Source: Thermoplasmata archaeon
Lineage (GTDB): Archaea; Thermoplasmatota; E2; JACPAO01; JAHFTW01
DNA length: 56,687 nucleotides
Direction of reading: 5' to 3'
NCBI GenBank assembly: GCA_034667725.1
Contig: JAXDQS010000011.1
Coordinates: forward strand, 1 to 56,687
Below are positions 25,514 through 34,442 of the stretch, in pieces. Positions within the stretch are counted from its first letter, which is position 1. Each line of letters opens with the position of its first letter. Below the pieces are notes generated by a model. That model did no database searches, was not told where the DNA came from, and saw only the letters and a list, made by a program, of their open reading frames with translations. The position numbers were made by a program, and so were the translations under genes.

Positions 25514-27805
25514 ATGGACGCCGTGGAGGTGCTGACGAACCTCAGCCTCCTGGCGACCGCGCTCGCGGCGGCCGGCTGGTTGAGCCATCGCCTGCGCCTG
25601 CCCCCGGCCCTCGGCTACCTCCTGGTGGGCGCCGCCTCCGCCTCCGCGCTCGGCCGCTTCCCCGGCGTCCAGACCCTGCTGCCGCCGGCCGCCGAGATCT
25701 CCGTCCTGTTCCTGCTGTTCGCCATCGGGTTGGAGCTGGACCTCAAGCGCCTGCGGGAAATCCTCCGCAAGGGCGCCGTCACGCTCCCGTTGGACGTGCT
25801 GGTCCCCGCACTCCTGGTCACGGGGGCCGCCCGCCTGGCCGGCTGGGAGCCCCTCCAGTCCATCGCGCTTGGCCTGGCCCTGAGCCTCAGCTCCACCCTG
25901 TTCGGCGAGCGCCTCGCCGGGTCGGCCAACTTCCCGCTGCCGGCCCGCCAACGCACCTTGGGGGTCCTCCTGGCCGAAGACGTGGCCGCGGTCGCCTTGG
26001 TCGCGATTATCGCCATCCTTGGCAACCCGACGACCGGCGGGGGCGGCGCCGACTGGCTGGTCCCCCTCACGGACATCGGGCTGCTGCTGTTCCTGTTCGT
26101 GCTGCTGACCGCCGGCGCGCTGCTGGTGGTCCCGCGCGTCCTGGACGCCGTCGCCCGCACCCACGCCCACGACCTGCTGGTGCTGGTCGGCACCGCCCTC
26201 GTCATCGCCTTCGGCGCCCTCGGCCTGCGCGCCGGCTCCGCCGAGCTGGGCGCCCTGGTGGCTGGCGTCGCGGCGGCCGAGGCCGGCTCGCGCTTCGTGC
26301 TGCGCAACAGCCTGCAGAGCATCCGCGAGATCGGCCTGGCCGTGTTCTTCTTCGTCTCCGGCGTCGGCACCGACCTCGGCACCGTCGCCCAGCATCCGTT
26401 CCTGGTGCTGGCGCTCGGCGCGATGTTCCTGGCGTCCAAGCTGGTGGTGCACGTCCCGGCCGCCCTGGCCTCCGGCCTCAGCGTGGACGCGGCGCTGCGG
26501 GGCGGCCTGGCGTTGGGCACCGTCGGCGAGTTCAGCCTTATTATCGCCGCCACCGCCGCCCAGCACGGCTTGGCCCACCCGCTCATGATCCACGCCGTCG
26601 TCGGCACCATGCTCCTGCTGCTGGTGGTGGCGCCCGTCCTGCTCCAGGTGGCGCCGGCCCTGGTGCGCGTCCTCGGCCGCACGCCGGAGCGCTTCCGCCG
26701 CCCCTTGGGCATCATGGTGCACGGCCTGCGGCACAGCAAGACCGGCGTCCGCGACCGCGCCGCGTTGCAGCAGCCCGCCCGCCTGCTCGCGGCCAACCTC
26801 ATCCTGCTCGCTGCGCTCCTTCTCCTGGGCGTGACCCTGGGCCCCACCGCCGTCGAGCGCTTCCCCGACCACCCGTTTTTGGCCCCCGTGCTGGCCTTCG
26901 GCGTCCCCGCCGCCGTCGCCGTCCCGCTGGTCTGGGGCACCTACCGCAACTACCGCGAGCTGGTGCACCGCATCGTCGGCCTCGAAAAGGGCGGCCAGGA
27001 CTCCGGCGCCCGGCTGCGCGCCCGCCTCATGGACGCCTGGGTCGCCCTGACCATCGGCGTCCTCTTGATCCCCGTCGGCCTGCTGGCCCCGCGCGCCCTG
27101 CCCGTCCTGCTGGGCGGCATGTTCGTCGCCATCATCATCGCCACCTTGGCCTGGCGCCAGCTCGCCCGCTTCCACCTCGCCCTGGAGTCCACCGTCACCC
27201 GCGTGCTGGGCCAAGACCCCGAGGCCTCCGCCCTGCTGGACCGCGTCATGGAGCGCTACCCCTGGGGCGTCCGGTTCGCCGCCGTCGCCATCCCCACCGG
27301 CTCGCCCCTGGCCGGCCAACGCCTGCGGGAGGCCCGCGTCTCCGAGCTCACCGGCGCAAGCGTTGCCATGCTGCAACGGCGCGGCCGCGAGACCATCAAC
27401 CCCAGCCCGGACCTGGTGCTGCACGCCGGCGACACGCTGGTCCTGATGGGCGACGTCCACCAGCTCGAGAAGGCCGAGACCCTGGTGGTGGCCCACGGCG
27501 AGGCCATCCGCCTGTCCGCCCAGAGCCGCCTCGCCGCCGTCGCCGAAGTGGACGTCCGCACCGGCAGCAGCCTGGTCGGCACCCGCCTCGGCGAGGCCGA
27601 CTTCCGCGGCCGCACCGGCACGCTCGTGATCGGCGTCTGGACCGGCGGCGCCGAGCACCCGATGCCCTACCGCGGCGACCTGGTGCTGGCCGAAGGCGAC
27701 CGGCTCATCCTGCTGGGGGCCCCGCTGCAGGTGGAGCGCGCCCGGCTCTTGGCCGAGGGCGTGGAGCACACCTCCACCGTCGAGGCCGTGCCTGAGCCTG
27801 TTTAG
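25514..27805 (+). CDS. CPA2 cation:proton antiporter with two TrkA-C (RCK-C) domains
   Basis: LFLLFAIGLEL, LSSTL, LLAED, VGEFS; C-terminal SPLAGQRL...NPSPD..L.AGD repeats. Confidence 0.9.
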   Translation: MDAVEVLTNLSLLATALAAAGWLSHRLRLPPALGYLLVGAASASALGRFPGVQTLLPPAAEISVLFLLFAIGLELDLKRLREILRKGAVTLPLDVLVPALLVTGAARLAGWEPLQSIALGLALSLSSTLFGERLAGSANFPLPARQRTLGVLLAEDVAAVALVAIIAILGNPTTGGGGADWLVPLTDIGLLLFLFVLLTAGALLVVPRVLDAVARTHAHDLLVLVGTALVIAFGALGLRAGSAELGALVAGVAAAEAGSRFVLRNSLQSIREIGLAVFFFVSGVGTDLGTVAQHPFLVLALGAMFLASKLVVHVPAALASGLSVDAALRGGLALGTVGEFSLIIAATAAQHGLAHPLMIHAVVGTMLLLLVVAPVLLQVAPALVRVLGRTPERFRRPLGIMVHGLRHSKTGVRDRAALQQPARLLAANLILLAALLLLGVTLGPTAVERFPDHPFLAPVLAFGVPAAVAVPLVWGTYRNYRELVHRIVGLEKGGQDSGARLRARLMDAWVALTIGVLLIPVGLLAPRALPVLLGGMFVAIIIATLAWRQLARFHLALESTVTRVLGQDPEASALLDRVMERYPWGVRFAAVAIPTGSPLAGQRLREARVSELTGASVAMLQRRGRETINPSPDLVLHAGDTLVLMGDVHQLEKAETLVVAHGEAIRLSAQSRLAAVAEVDVRTGSSLVGTRLGEADFRGRTGTLVIGVWTGGAEHPMPYRGDLVLAEGDRLILLGAPLQVERARLLAEGVEHTSTVEAVPEPV

Positions 27806-27840
27806 CCAAAAAAACGAGGAGAAGGAAGGGAAAAGGAAGC
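27806..27840 (-). terminator. pyrimidine/U-rich terminator
   Basis: Minus strand CTTCCTTTTCCCTTCCTTCTCCTCGTTTTTTTGG, same style as the dnaG terminator. Confidence 0.6.
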
Positions 27841-27849
27841 TTCGAAGGC

Positions 27850-28515
27850 TTACTTGGCCAGCTTGCGGCGGGCCGCGAATGCCAGGACGAGCGCCAGGCT
27901 GGCGACACCCAGGTGGGGGGCCGCCTCGGAGCCGGTGCCGTCGGTGCCGGAGTCCGTGCCGGTGCCGTTGCCCGTGCCGCTGCCCGAGGTGCTGGAGCCG
28001 CCGATCTGGAGGGTGGCCTCCTTGCTGACGGAGCGCGACGGAATCTGGGTCGAGCTCAGGGGGCTGCAGCCGTCGATGCTGCCGTCGAACTTGGCGGTGA
28101 AGTTGAACGCGTGCGGGTGGTTCGGCGTCACGTTCGGGCTGGCGGTGACGTTGAACTGGACCGTCTGGGCGGCGCCGGTGAAGCCGTTGGGCTGGGGGCC
28201 GGCCTGGCCGGCGACGGTGAAGGTCACCGTGGTCTTGGCGAGGGTGCCCGTGAGGCCGGCGAGGGAGCTGGGCTTGTCGGCCGCCTCCAGGGTGACGTCG
28301 GCGGAGGCCGCGGCGGTGCAGACGAGGGGCTGGGCCATCGAGAGCGAGACGCTGAGCTGGTAGCTGGTCGAGCCGCCCGGGTTGACGGTGCCGGCGGCAG
28401 GGGTGACGGTCAGGGTCAGGACGGGGTTGGGGTCGACCTGCGAGGCTTGGGCCGCGACCAAGGGGGCGGCGAGGAGGCTGGCAAGGGCAGCCAGCACGAT
28501 GGCACGGGGCACCAT
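27850..28515 (-). CDS. secreted protein with C-terminal sorting signal
   Basis: Signal peptide, single beta-sandwich with a Cys pair, G/T linker, APHLG + TM + RRK tail. Confidence 0.8.
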   Translation of the reverse strand: MVPRAIVLAALASLLAAPLVAAQASQVDPNPVLTLTVTPAAGTVNPGGSTSYQLSVSLSMAQPLVCTAAASADVTLEAADKPSSLAGLTGTLAKTTVTFTVAGQAGPQPNGFTGAAQTVQFNVTASPNVTPNHPHAFNFTAKFDGSIDGCSPLSSTQIPSRSVSKEATLQIGGSSTSGSGTGNGTGTDSGTDGTGSEAAPHLGVASLALVLAFAARRKLAK

Positions 28516-28568
28516 GGCGATTGCCACAAGGCCTGTGCTTTATCACGTTTCTCGCCAACGCCTCAGAC

Positions 28569-29774
28569 TCATCCCGCGCTCCAAAGCGGATGCAACCCCA
28601 AGAGGAGCAACGGGAGAATCCACACGGCCGTCCGGGCAAACGGCAGGAACCGGACCTCGACGCCAGCCCGCCGCGCCTGGTCGGCCGCCAGCAGCGACGC
28701 CGCCGAGCCGGACAGCAGCAGCGCGCCGCCCAAGGTGCTCACGAACACCAGGAAGTGGGCGTGCGCCGCCGTCCACGACGGGTCGAGCGCGCGGAACGCC
28801 AGCATCGCGGGCACGTTGCCGGCCGTGTTCGACAGCAGGACCGTGGCGCCCGCCGCCGACCACGGGCCTTCCAGCCACGCCAGGTCGGGCACCGGCAGCC
28901 AACGCGGCAGGCCGGCGGTCAGCAGGTAGAGGCCGACGAACAGCAGCAGCACGTTGAGGTCGATGCTGCGCGCCGCCGCCCGGTCCGCCGCCCGCCCCAG
29001 CACCACCCGCATCCCCGCGTAGGCGGCCAGCCCCGCCGCCGCGGCCGCCCAGCCCAAGCCGGGGCCCCCCGGCCAGCAGGCCAGCGCCAAGAACACGGCC
29101 AGGCAGAGCAGCAGCCACGGCCGGCCCTTCGCCTGCACCGGCTCGGGCGCGGCCGCCGGCGCGTGCGCGCGCCGGGCGGCGAGCCAGCACGGGGCGGCGA
29201 GGAGGGCCAGGCCGAGGGCGACCCAGGGGCCCTGCACCCGCAGGAACTCCAGGACCCCAAGGTTGGCGTCCGCGGCGAGCACGGCGTTCTGCGGGTTGCC
29301 GAACGGCGTCAGCAGGCTGCCCAGGTTGGCGGCGACGGCCAGCAGGCTGACGGCCGGCACCGGCGGCAGGCCACGCGCCAGAAAGAGCGGCACCAGGAAC
29401 GGGACCAGCACCACGACGGCGGCGTCGTTGAGCACGAGGGCGCTTGCCACCGCGGTGCCGGCGACGCACAGCCACAGCAGCAGGGGGCCGGGGAGGCCGA
29501 GGAGGCGCCGCCGCAGGCCGCCCAGGACGCCGCCGGCCTCCGCCAGCCCGGCCAGGAGCATGAGGCCGGCCAGCAGCAGCAGGATCTGGGGGTCCACGAG
29601 GGTCCAGGCCGTCCAGGGGACGTCCCCGTTCGCGGCAAGGACGAGCCAGGAGAGCGCGCCGCCGGCCAAGGCCACGGGGCCGCGGCGCAGCGGGGTCTTG
29701 CCGAGCCGGCCGAGGGCGAGCAGCAGGAAGGTGACGCCGAACAGCAGGGCGGCGACGGCGTGCGCGGCCTGCAC
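28569..29774 (-). CDS. ArsB/NhaD/CitMHS-family permease
   Basis: SALVLNDA, AANLGSLLTPFGNPQN, SNTAGNVPA, STLGGALLLSGSAA. Confidence 0.88.
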   Translation of the reverse strand: MQAAHAVAALLFGVTFLLLALGRLGKTPLRRGPVALAGGALSWLVLAANGDVPWTAWTLVDPQILLLLAGLMLLAGLAEAGGVLGGLRRRLLGLPGPLLLWLCVAGTAVASALVLNDAAVVVLVPFLVPLFLARGLPPVPAVSLLAVAANLGSLLTPFGNPQNAVLAADANLGVLEFLRVQGPWVALGLALLAAPCWLAARRAHAPAAAPEPVQAKGRPWLLLCLAVFLALACWPGGPGLGWAAAAAGLAAYAGMRVVLGRAADRAAARSIDLNVLLLFVGLYLLTAGLPRWLPVPDLAWLEGPWSAAGATVLLSNTAGNVPAMLAFRALDPSWTAAHAHFLVFVSTLGGALLLSGSAASLLAADQARRAGVEVRFLPFARTAVWILPLLLLGLHPLWSAG

Positions 29775-29784
29775 GCGGGTCGCC

Positions 29785-30234
29785 TCAGAGCCTCTTGGTC
29801 ATCCGGACGGCGCCGCAGCCCTTGTGGTAGAAGTCCTTGAGCCGGTCCACCACCTGGTAGCCCTGCGACTCGTACCAGCCGACGAGGCGCGGGTCCTGCT
29901 CCTCCGCCTCCAGCGTCATCCAGTCGCAGCCGGCCTTCCGGGCGAGAGCCTCCGCGTGGTGCATCAGGTCCCGGCCGTGGCCGTGGCCGCGGGCGTCGGG
30001 ATGGGTGCAGACGTCGTACACCCGCAGGCGGTGCGGGAAATGCCACAGCACCAGCAGGCTCCACAACGACTTGCGGTCGGGCGCGTCGATGACCCACACC
30101 GACTGATGGGGGCTCGACAGGCTGCGCTTGAGGCTCGCGGCCGACGCCTGGCGGTACTCCTCGAAGCAGGCAAGCTCCAGCTCCTGGATGGCCGGCAGGT
30201 CGGACGGCTTGGCGCGGCGGATGCCGTGGGCCAC
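29785..30234 (-). CDS. GNAT acetyltransferase (RimI-like)
   Basis: VCTHPDARGHGHG acetyl-CoA motif, WYESQGY. Confidence 0.85.
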   Translation of the reverse strand: MAHGIRRAKPSDLPAIQELELACFEEYRQASAASLKRSLSSPHQSVWVIDAPDRKSLWSLLVLWHFPHRLRVYDVCTHPDARGHGHGRDLMHHAEALARKAGCDWMTLEAEEQDPRLVGWYESQGYQVVDRLKDFYHKGCGAVRMTKRL

Positions 30235-30299
30235 GCTCGGGCTAAGCCAGGCGTCGCCATGGAGCTTGCGTTCAAGACCAGGCCGCGCATCCCGCCCCG

Positions 30300-30752
30300 A
30301 TGGCGTTCACCCTCCTGTCCTCCGACTTCAAGGACGGCGAGCCGATCCCGGCCCGGTTCACCTGCCAGGGCCGCGGCAAGTCGCCGGCCCTCACCTGGAG
30401 CGGCGAGCCCCACGGCACCCACTGGTTCGCCTTGGTGATGGACGACCCGGACGCGCCCGGCGGCACCTGGACCCATTGGACCTGGTGGGACCTCCCCCTG
30501 GACGAGGATGGCGTGGCCGAGGGCGCCGACGTGGCCAGGCTGGGCGCCGTGCAGGGCATGACGTCCGCCAAGAGCGTGGGCTGGCATGGGCCCTGCCCGC
30601 CCTCCGGCACGCACCGCTACGTGTTCACGCTGCACGCCCTGCGCGGACGGCTCGGGCTGGCGGCGGGGGCGACGGTCGAGGAGGTCCACGCCGCCCTCAA
30701 GGCCAAGAGCCTCGGGTCGGCGCGGCTCATGGGCACGTACCAGAAGTCGTAA
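30300..30752 (+). CDS. YbhB/YbcL (PEBP) family protein
   Basis: SPALTW, DDPDAP..TWTHW, GPCPPSGTHRYVF. Confidence 0.92.
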   Translation: MAFTLLSSDFKDGEPIPARFTCQGRGKSPALTWSGEPHGTHWFALVMDDPDAPGGTWTHWTWWDLPLDEDGVAEGADVARLGAVQGMTSAKSVGWHGPCPPSGTHRYVFTLHALRGRLGLAAGATVEEVHAALKAKSLGSARLMGTYQKS

Positions 30753-30784
30753 ACTATGAAACCGCGGGCATTTTTGTGGACGCG

Positions 30785-31174
30785 ATGCGGACCCTTGCCT
30801 TCGCCTTCGTCGCCGTCGCCGCCCTGCTCTTGGCCGGCTGCGCCGCCAACTCCACGCGCACCGTGACCAAGACCGTGACGACGACGGTGTTCCCGGACGA
30901 ACCGACGCAGGAGCAGTCGCCGTCGATCGCGTTCAACAAGCAGTCCAACCCCAGCGCCCAAGGTGGCACGCTGACGGTCGTGGCCGTGCAGGGCCCGGAC
31001 CCTTGGGACATCCCGTGGAGCGACATCCGGGTCCGGGACGCGGACGGAGAAGCCCGCTGCACCGTGCCGACCGGGATGGTCCGGGCAGGCGACGTCCTCA
31101 CCTGCACGACGGACGGGCCGCACTCCATCACGTATGTTCCCCAGAACACGCTGCTGTACGTGGGGGAGTTCTAG
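30785..31174 (+). CDS. lipoprotein with archaeal pilin-like globular domain
   Basis: LAGC lipobox; PSIAF..LTVV..IPWSDI..VRAGD..ITYVPQNTLL. Confidence 0.65.
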   Translation: MRTLAFAFVAVAALLLAGCAANSTRTVTKTVTTTVFPDEPTQEQSPSIAFNKQSNPSAQGGTLTVVAVQGPDPWDIPWSDIRVRDADGEARCTVPTGMVRAGDVLTCTTDGPHSITYVPQNTLLYVGEF

Positions 31175-31178
31175 CCGC

Positions 31179-32345
31179 TCAGGTCACGATCGCCTTCACG
31201 CAATCCGCCTCGACCGCCCGCTTCACTTCCAGCGCCACGCGGCGGCCCGTGCTCATGTTGGTGCGCCATAGCGCGTTCCCATACGGATGCCCAGTGGCGA
31301 CGTGGACGTTGGTGCCGCCGCCAATCCGAGGGGCGACGTCGTAGATCCAGAAGTTCATGTCCTTGTCCACGCAGGTCTGCAGGCAGAACGGCCCGATGAT
31401 GCCGGGGTCGTAGTGCTCCTTGGCGGCGGCGACCCACTTCTCGCCCATCTCGAACACCTTGCCGAGCAGGGACTCGCGAACCGTCGCGGTGTTGTGCCCG
31501 ACCACGGTCATCTCGGGGACCAGCTGGTGCGCGGGCAGGGTCATCTGCTGCGGCGCCGGGATGCGGACGTGGCCGTCCAGGCTGGACTCGAACCGCCAGT
31601 CGATGCCAAGCAGCTCCAGGGGCTCCGCCGTGCGGGTCTTCTTGCTGACGGGGCTGTGGAAGAAGTTGAGGTTGAACACGGGGCCGATGACGTACTTCTC
31701 GATGCGGGCCTTGGCGAGGCTCTCCGCGTCGATGACGCCGTCCTTCAGCAGGCGGCCGGACTTGGCGTGGAACTCCTTGGGGCTGGCGCAGGTGAAGAAG
31801 CCGCGCTCCAGCTTCTTCTGGGCGTGGTGCAGCTTGACGATGACCAGCTCGTCGATGTCGTCGGGCGACTTGACCTTCGGCGGCGACGGCAGCCCGGCCT
31901 GCTTCAGCAGCCAGTAATAGTCCTTCGGCACGCCGCGGTCCTCGCTGCGCAGCATGGAGCGCGACCCGACGACGGGCACCTCGAACGCGTCCTCGACGCC
32001 GTCGATGCCACAGTAGCTCGTCCACGCCCGGTTCGGCACCCACAGCGCGTTGGCCGCCTTCAGCCTCGCCTGCTCCTTCGGCGCCATCACGGCGTCGTAC
32101 TTCGGGTACACCCAGGCGTCGTCCACGCAGCCGCGCACCCGCCGGCCGTTGCCGTCCCGGAGGGTCTTGAAGTAGCGGCGGTAGACGTCGTCGCGGCCCT
32201 TCTGCGCCACCGCGATGCTGCGCAGGCCCTCGTCCACCGCGCCGTCGTAGACGTCGAGGCCGGAGTGGCTCGCGATGCAGGCCAGCGCCAGCGCCTTCGG
32301 GTCGTAGGCCTCGGCGGCGGCCTGCATCGCCTTGCGGCTGATCAT
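31179..32345 (-). CDS. second PurP-like (DUF1246/DUF1297) ATP-grasp ligase
   Basis: ASHSGLDVYDGAVDEG, VPNRAW, KLERGFF, DWRFESSLDG, RESLL, YDVAPRIGGGTN. Confidence 0.9.
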   Translation of the reverse strand: MISRKAMQAAAEAYDPKALALACIASHSGLDVYDGAVDEGLRSIAVAQKGRDDVYRRYFKTLRDGNGRRVRGCVDDAWVYPKYDAVMAPKEQARLKAANALWVPNRAWTSYCGIDGVEDAFEVPVVGSRSMLRSEDRGVPKDYYWLLKQAGLPSPPKVKSPDDIDELVIVKLHHAQKKLERGFFTCASPKEFHAKSGRLLKDGVIDAESLAKARIEKYVIGPVFNLNFFHSPVSKKTRTAEPLELLGIDWRFESSLDGHVRIPAPQQMTLPAHQLVPEMTVVGHNTATVRESLLGKVFEMGEKWVAAAKEHYDPGIIGPFCLQTCVDKDMNFWIYDVAPRIGGGTNVHVATGHPYGNALWRTNMSTGRRVALEVKRAVEADCVKAIVT

Positions 32346-32373
32346 CGCGTCGGCCGAGCCAGGAGACCCGCAT

Positions 32374-32489
32374 AATGCCAACGCCCGCCTGGGGGAGGGT
32401 GGCTCCGTCGGGCGCCCGCCGAGCGCGAAGCGGAGGCGCCAGCCACCCGCCAGGGGGTCCCAGGGGCGAAGCCCCTGGAATGCCAACGC
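32374..32489. mobile_element. small hairpin element flanked by 11-bp direct repeats
   Basis: AATGCCAACGC at 32374-32384 and 32479-32489; internal GGGTGGCT/AGCCACCC inverted repeat and CCAGGGGC-GAA-GCCCCTGG hairpin. Confidence 0.5.
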
Positions 32490-32517
32490 TCATCCGGCCG
32501 ACGCCGTTGCGGAGGCG

Positions 32518-33087
32518 ATGATGCGCTTGGCAGTGCCGCTGCCGCCGCTGCTCCTGCTCTTCGGGCTCCTCTTGGCCGGCTGCGCCCTGCCCGAGGAGGA
32601 CGGCGCCGACCCGCTGTTCGGCCTGTGCCCCCAGTGGGAGCCGGGCCGAGGCCAGGTCGCGGGCACGGCCTACCTGGACGCGGGCGCGCCCCAGTCGCGC
32701 CAACTGGTCGGCCCCGACGGCTCCGCCTACGCGATGGACGGCCATCCGCTCGACATGCTGCGGCTGCGCATCGACGCGGCGACGGTGCCGCGCGACGGCC
32801 GCGTGTCCCTCAAGGCCTACGCCGAGGCCAACAACGAGACGGTGCAGCGCAACTGGCGCGACCTCCGCGAGGGCTCCGCCGAGATCAACTGGGTGCCGGC
32901 GCTGGTGTTCACCTCCGAGGACGCGGTCGCCGGCCAGGAGTTCGAGGCCTACCTGACCTCTGTCGACCACGACGAGCAGCCCCGCGCCGGCCCGGTCCGG
33001 CTGGAATGGACGCTGGCCGGCAGCGAGCCGGCGGAGTTCACCTACACCCTCACCTGGCACTACAAGGTGTGCGGCGTCCCCGGCTGA
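32518..33087 (+). CDS. hypothetical lipoprotein (paralog 1)
   Basis: LAGC lipobox; CPQWEPG...GHPLD...DGRV...RLEW...YKVC. Confidence 0.75.
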   Translation: MMRLAVPLPPLLLLFGLLLAGCALPEEDGADPLFGLCPQWEPGRGQVAGTAYLDAGAPQSRQLVGPDGSAYAMDGHPLDMLRLRIDAATVPRDGRVSLKAYAEANNETVQRNWRDLREGSAEINWVPALVFTSEDAVAGQEFEAYLTSVDHDEQPRAGPVRLEWTLAGSEPAEFTYTLTWHYKVCGVPG

Positions 33088-33128
33088 CCCGCAAGCCACA
33101 AGACGGGGCCGCTCCATTGCCCGCCCGC

Positions 33129-33704
33129 ATGCGCGTCGCCGCCGCCCTCCTCCTCACGCTGCTTTTGGCCGGCTGCATGGGCACGGGCCCGTCCTCCACC
33201 ACCGACGCCACCGGCTCCGCCACCTGCCCCCGCTGGATCCCCGGCCTGAGCAAGTTCGTCGGCCACCAGGTCTTCGACAGCAACTTCACCTCGGTCCCGA
33301 CCGACTCCGACACGTTCCCGGTGGCCTCCTCGGCGCTCTACGACGAGGGCCGGCCGCTCGACCGCATCAACCTCGACTTCTTCGCGCCCAACGGCATCCA
33401 GGCCCGCGACGGCCGCGTCGAGATGCGCTTCCACCGCGCCGACGACAACGCCACGCTGCGCGCCTACGACCTCTCCAAGGGCGAGCCCGGCCGCTCCAAC
33501 GCCGGCCAGGAGATGTTCTCCTACGGGCCCGGCACCCACAACAACTTCACGCTGCAGGTCCACCTGGTCCCGGCAGGCCAGCCGGCCCGGCCCACGGCCA
33601 TCCGCCTCGAGTGGCTGTTCGTGCCCAACGTGGACGGCAACCCGCTCACCAGCAGCCGCGTCGAGGTCGACCTGGTCGGCAAGTTCGCCTACCGCGCCTG
33701 CTGA
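33129..33704 (+). CDS. hypothetical lipoprotein (paralog 2)
   Basis: LAGC lipobox; CPRWIPG...GRPLD...DGRV...RLEW...YRAC. Confidence 0.75.
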   Translation: MRVAAALLLTLLLAGCMGTGPSSTTDATGSATCPRWIPGLSKFVGHQVFDSNFTSVPTDSDTFPVASSALYDEGRPLDRINLDFFAPNGIQARDGRVEMRFHRADDNATLRAYDLSKGEPGRSNAGQEMFSYGPGTHNNFTLQVHLVPAGQPARPTAIRLEWLFVPNVDGNPLTSSRVEVDLVGKFAYRAC

Positions 33705-33715
33705 CGGTTGAAGAA

Positions 33716-34045
33716 TCAGCCCAGCTCGACGAACCCGCGCGACACCATGGCCCCCAGGAACTTCCCCAGCCGCGCAGCCAGGTCCGCCTCGCCCGGGAAC
33801 TTTCCTTGCAGCTGCGCCTTGATGTCGCCGGCCGTCCGCCTGCCGTCGATGAGTCGCCACGCCGCCGAGCCCAACGGGTCGAGGTGGATGGTCAAGGTCG
33901 GGGGGATGCCGAACACGCCCAGCACGCGGCGCCGCACCGGGCCGTAGCGCACGCGCACGACCGTCACGCGGCCGTTGGCCTCCTCGCGCGACTCGACGTC
34001 GGCGCGGCGCGGCACCAGTCGCGAGACGTCCGGGATGCGCTCCAT
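33716..34045 (-). CDS. PqqD-like (RRE-fold) protein
   Basis: LDPLGSAAWRLIDGRRTAGDI...L..FL..M..RGFV. Confidence 0.75.
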   Translation of the reverse strand: MERIPDVSRLVPRRADVESREEANGRVTVVRVRYGPVRRRVLGVFGIPPTLTIHLDPLGSAAWRLIDGRRTAGDIKAQLQGKFPGEADLAARLGKFLGAMVSRGFVELG

Positions 34046-34049
34046 CGCC

Positions 34050-34319
34050 TCAGGCAGCCTTGCGGCGGCGCACGAAGTCGAAGCCCCAGAGCGCGCCCCA
34101 CAGGACCACGAGGCCGCCGAACAGGAACAGCAGCTCGTTCGAGGGGCCCTTGCCGTCGGCGTTCGACAGGAACATCGCGAGCACGATCATGCCGACGATG
34201 ATGGCGACCGCGGCGATGCCCATCATGGTGAGGCGGAGGCCCGTGCCCTTGGGCTGCTCGCCCTCCTCGACCTCGGGCTCCACCTGGCGGGGCTTCGACT
34301 TGCGCTCAATGGTTGCCAT
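34050..34319 (-). CDS. small two-TM membrane protein
   Basis: Two hydrophobic helices, basic tail, CTTAAG box at 34347-34352. Confidence 0.7.
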   Translation of the reverse strand: MATIERKSKPRQVEPEVEEGEQPKGTGLRLTMMGIAAVAIIVGMIVLAMFLSNADGKGPSNELLFLFGGLVVLWGALWGFDFVRRRKAA

Positions 34320-34442
34320 GGACGAGCGGCCGAGCCCGCCCTCTTTCTTAAGCGCTTGCGGATGCAGGAGTCCGACCCCTCCTCTGTTGCGTTCGCGCAC
34401 CGCTTAAATGGACCCCTGGCTTGGGCGCAAACCGTGGCCCTG

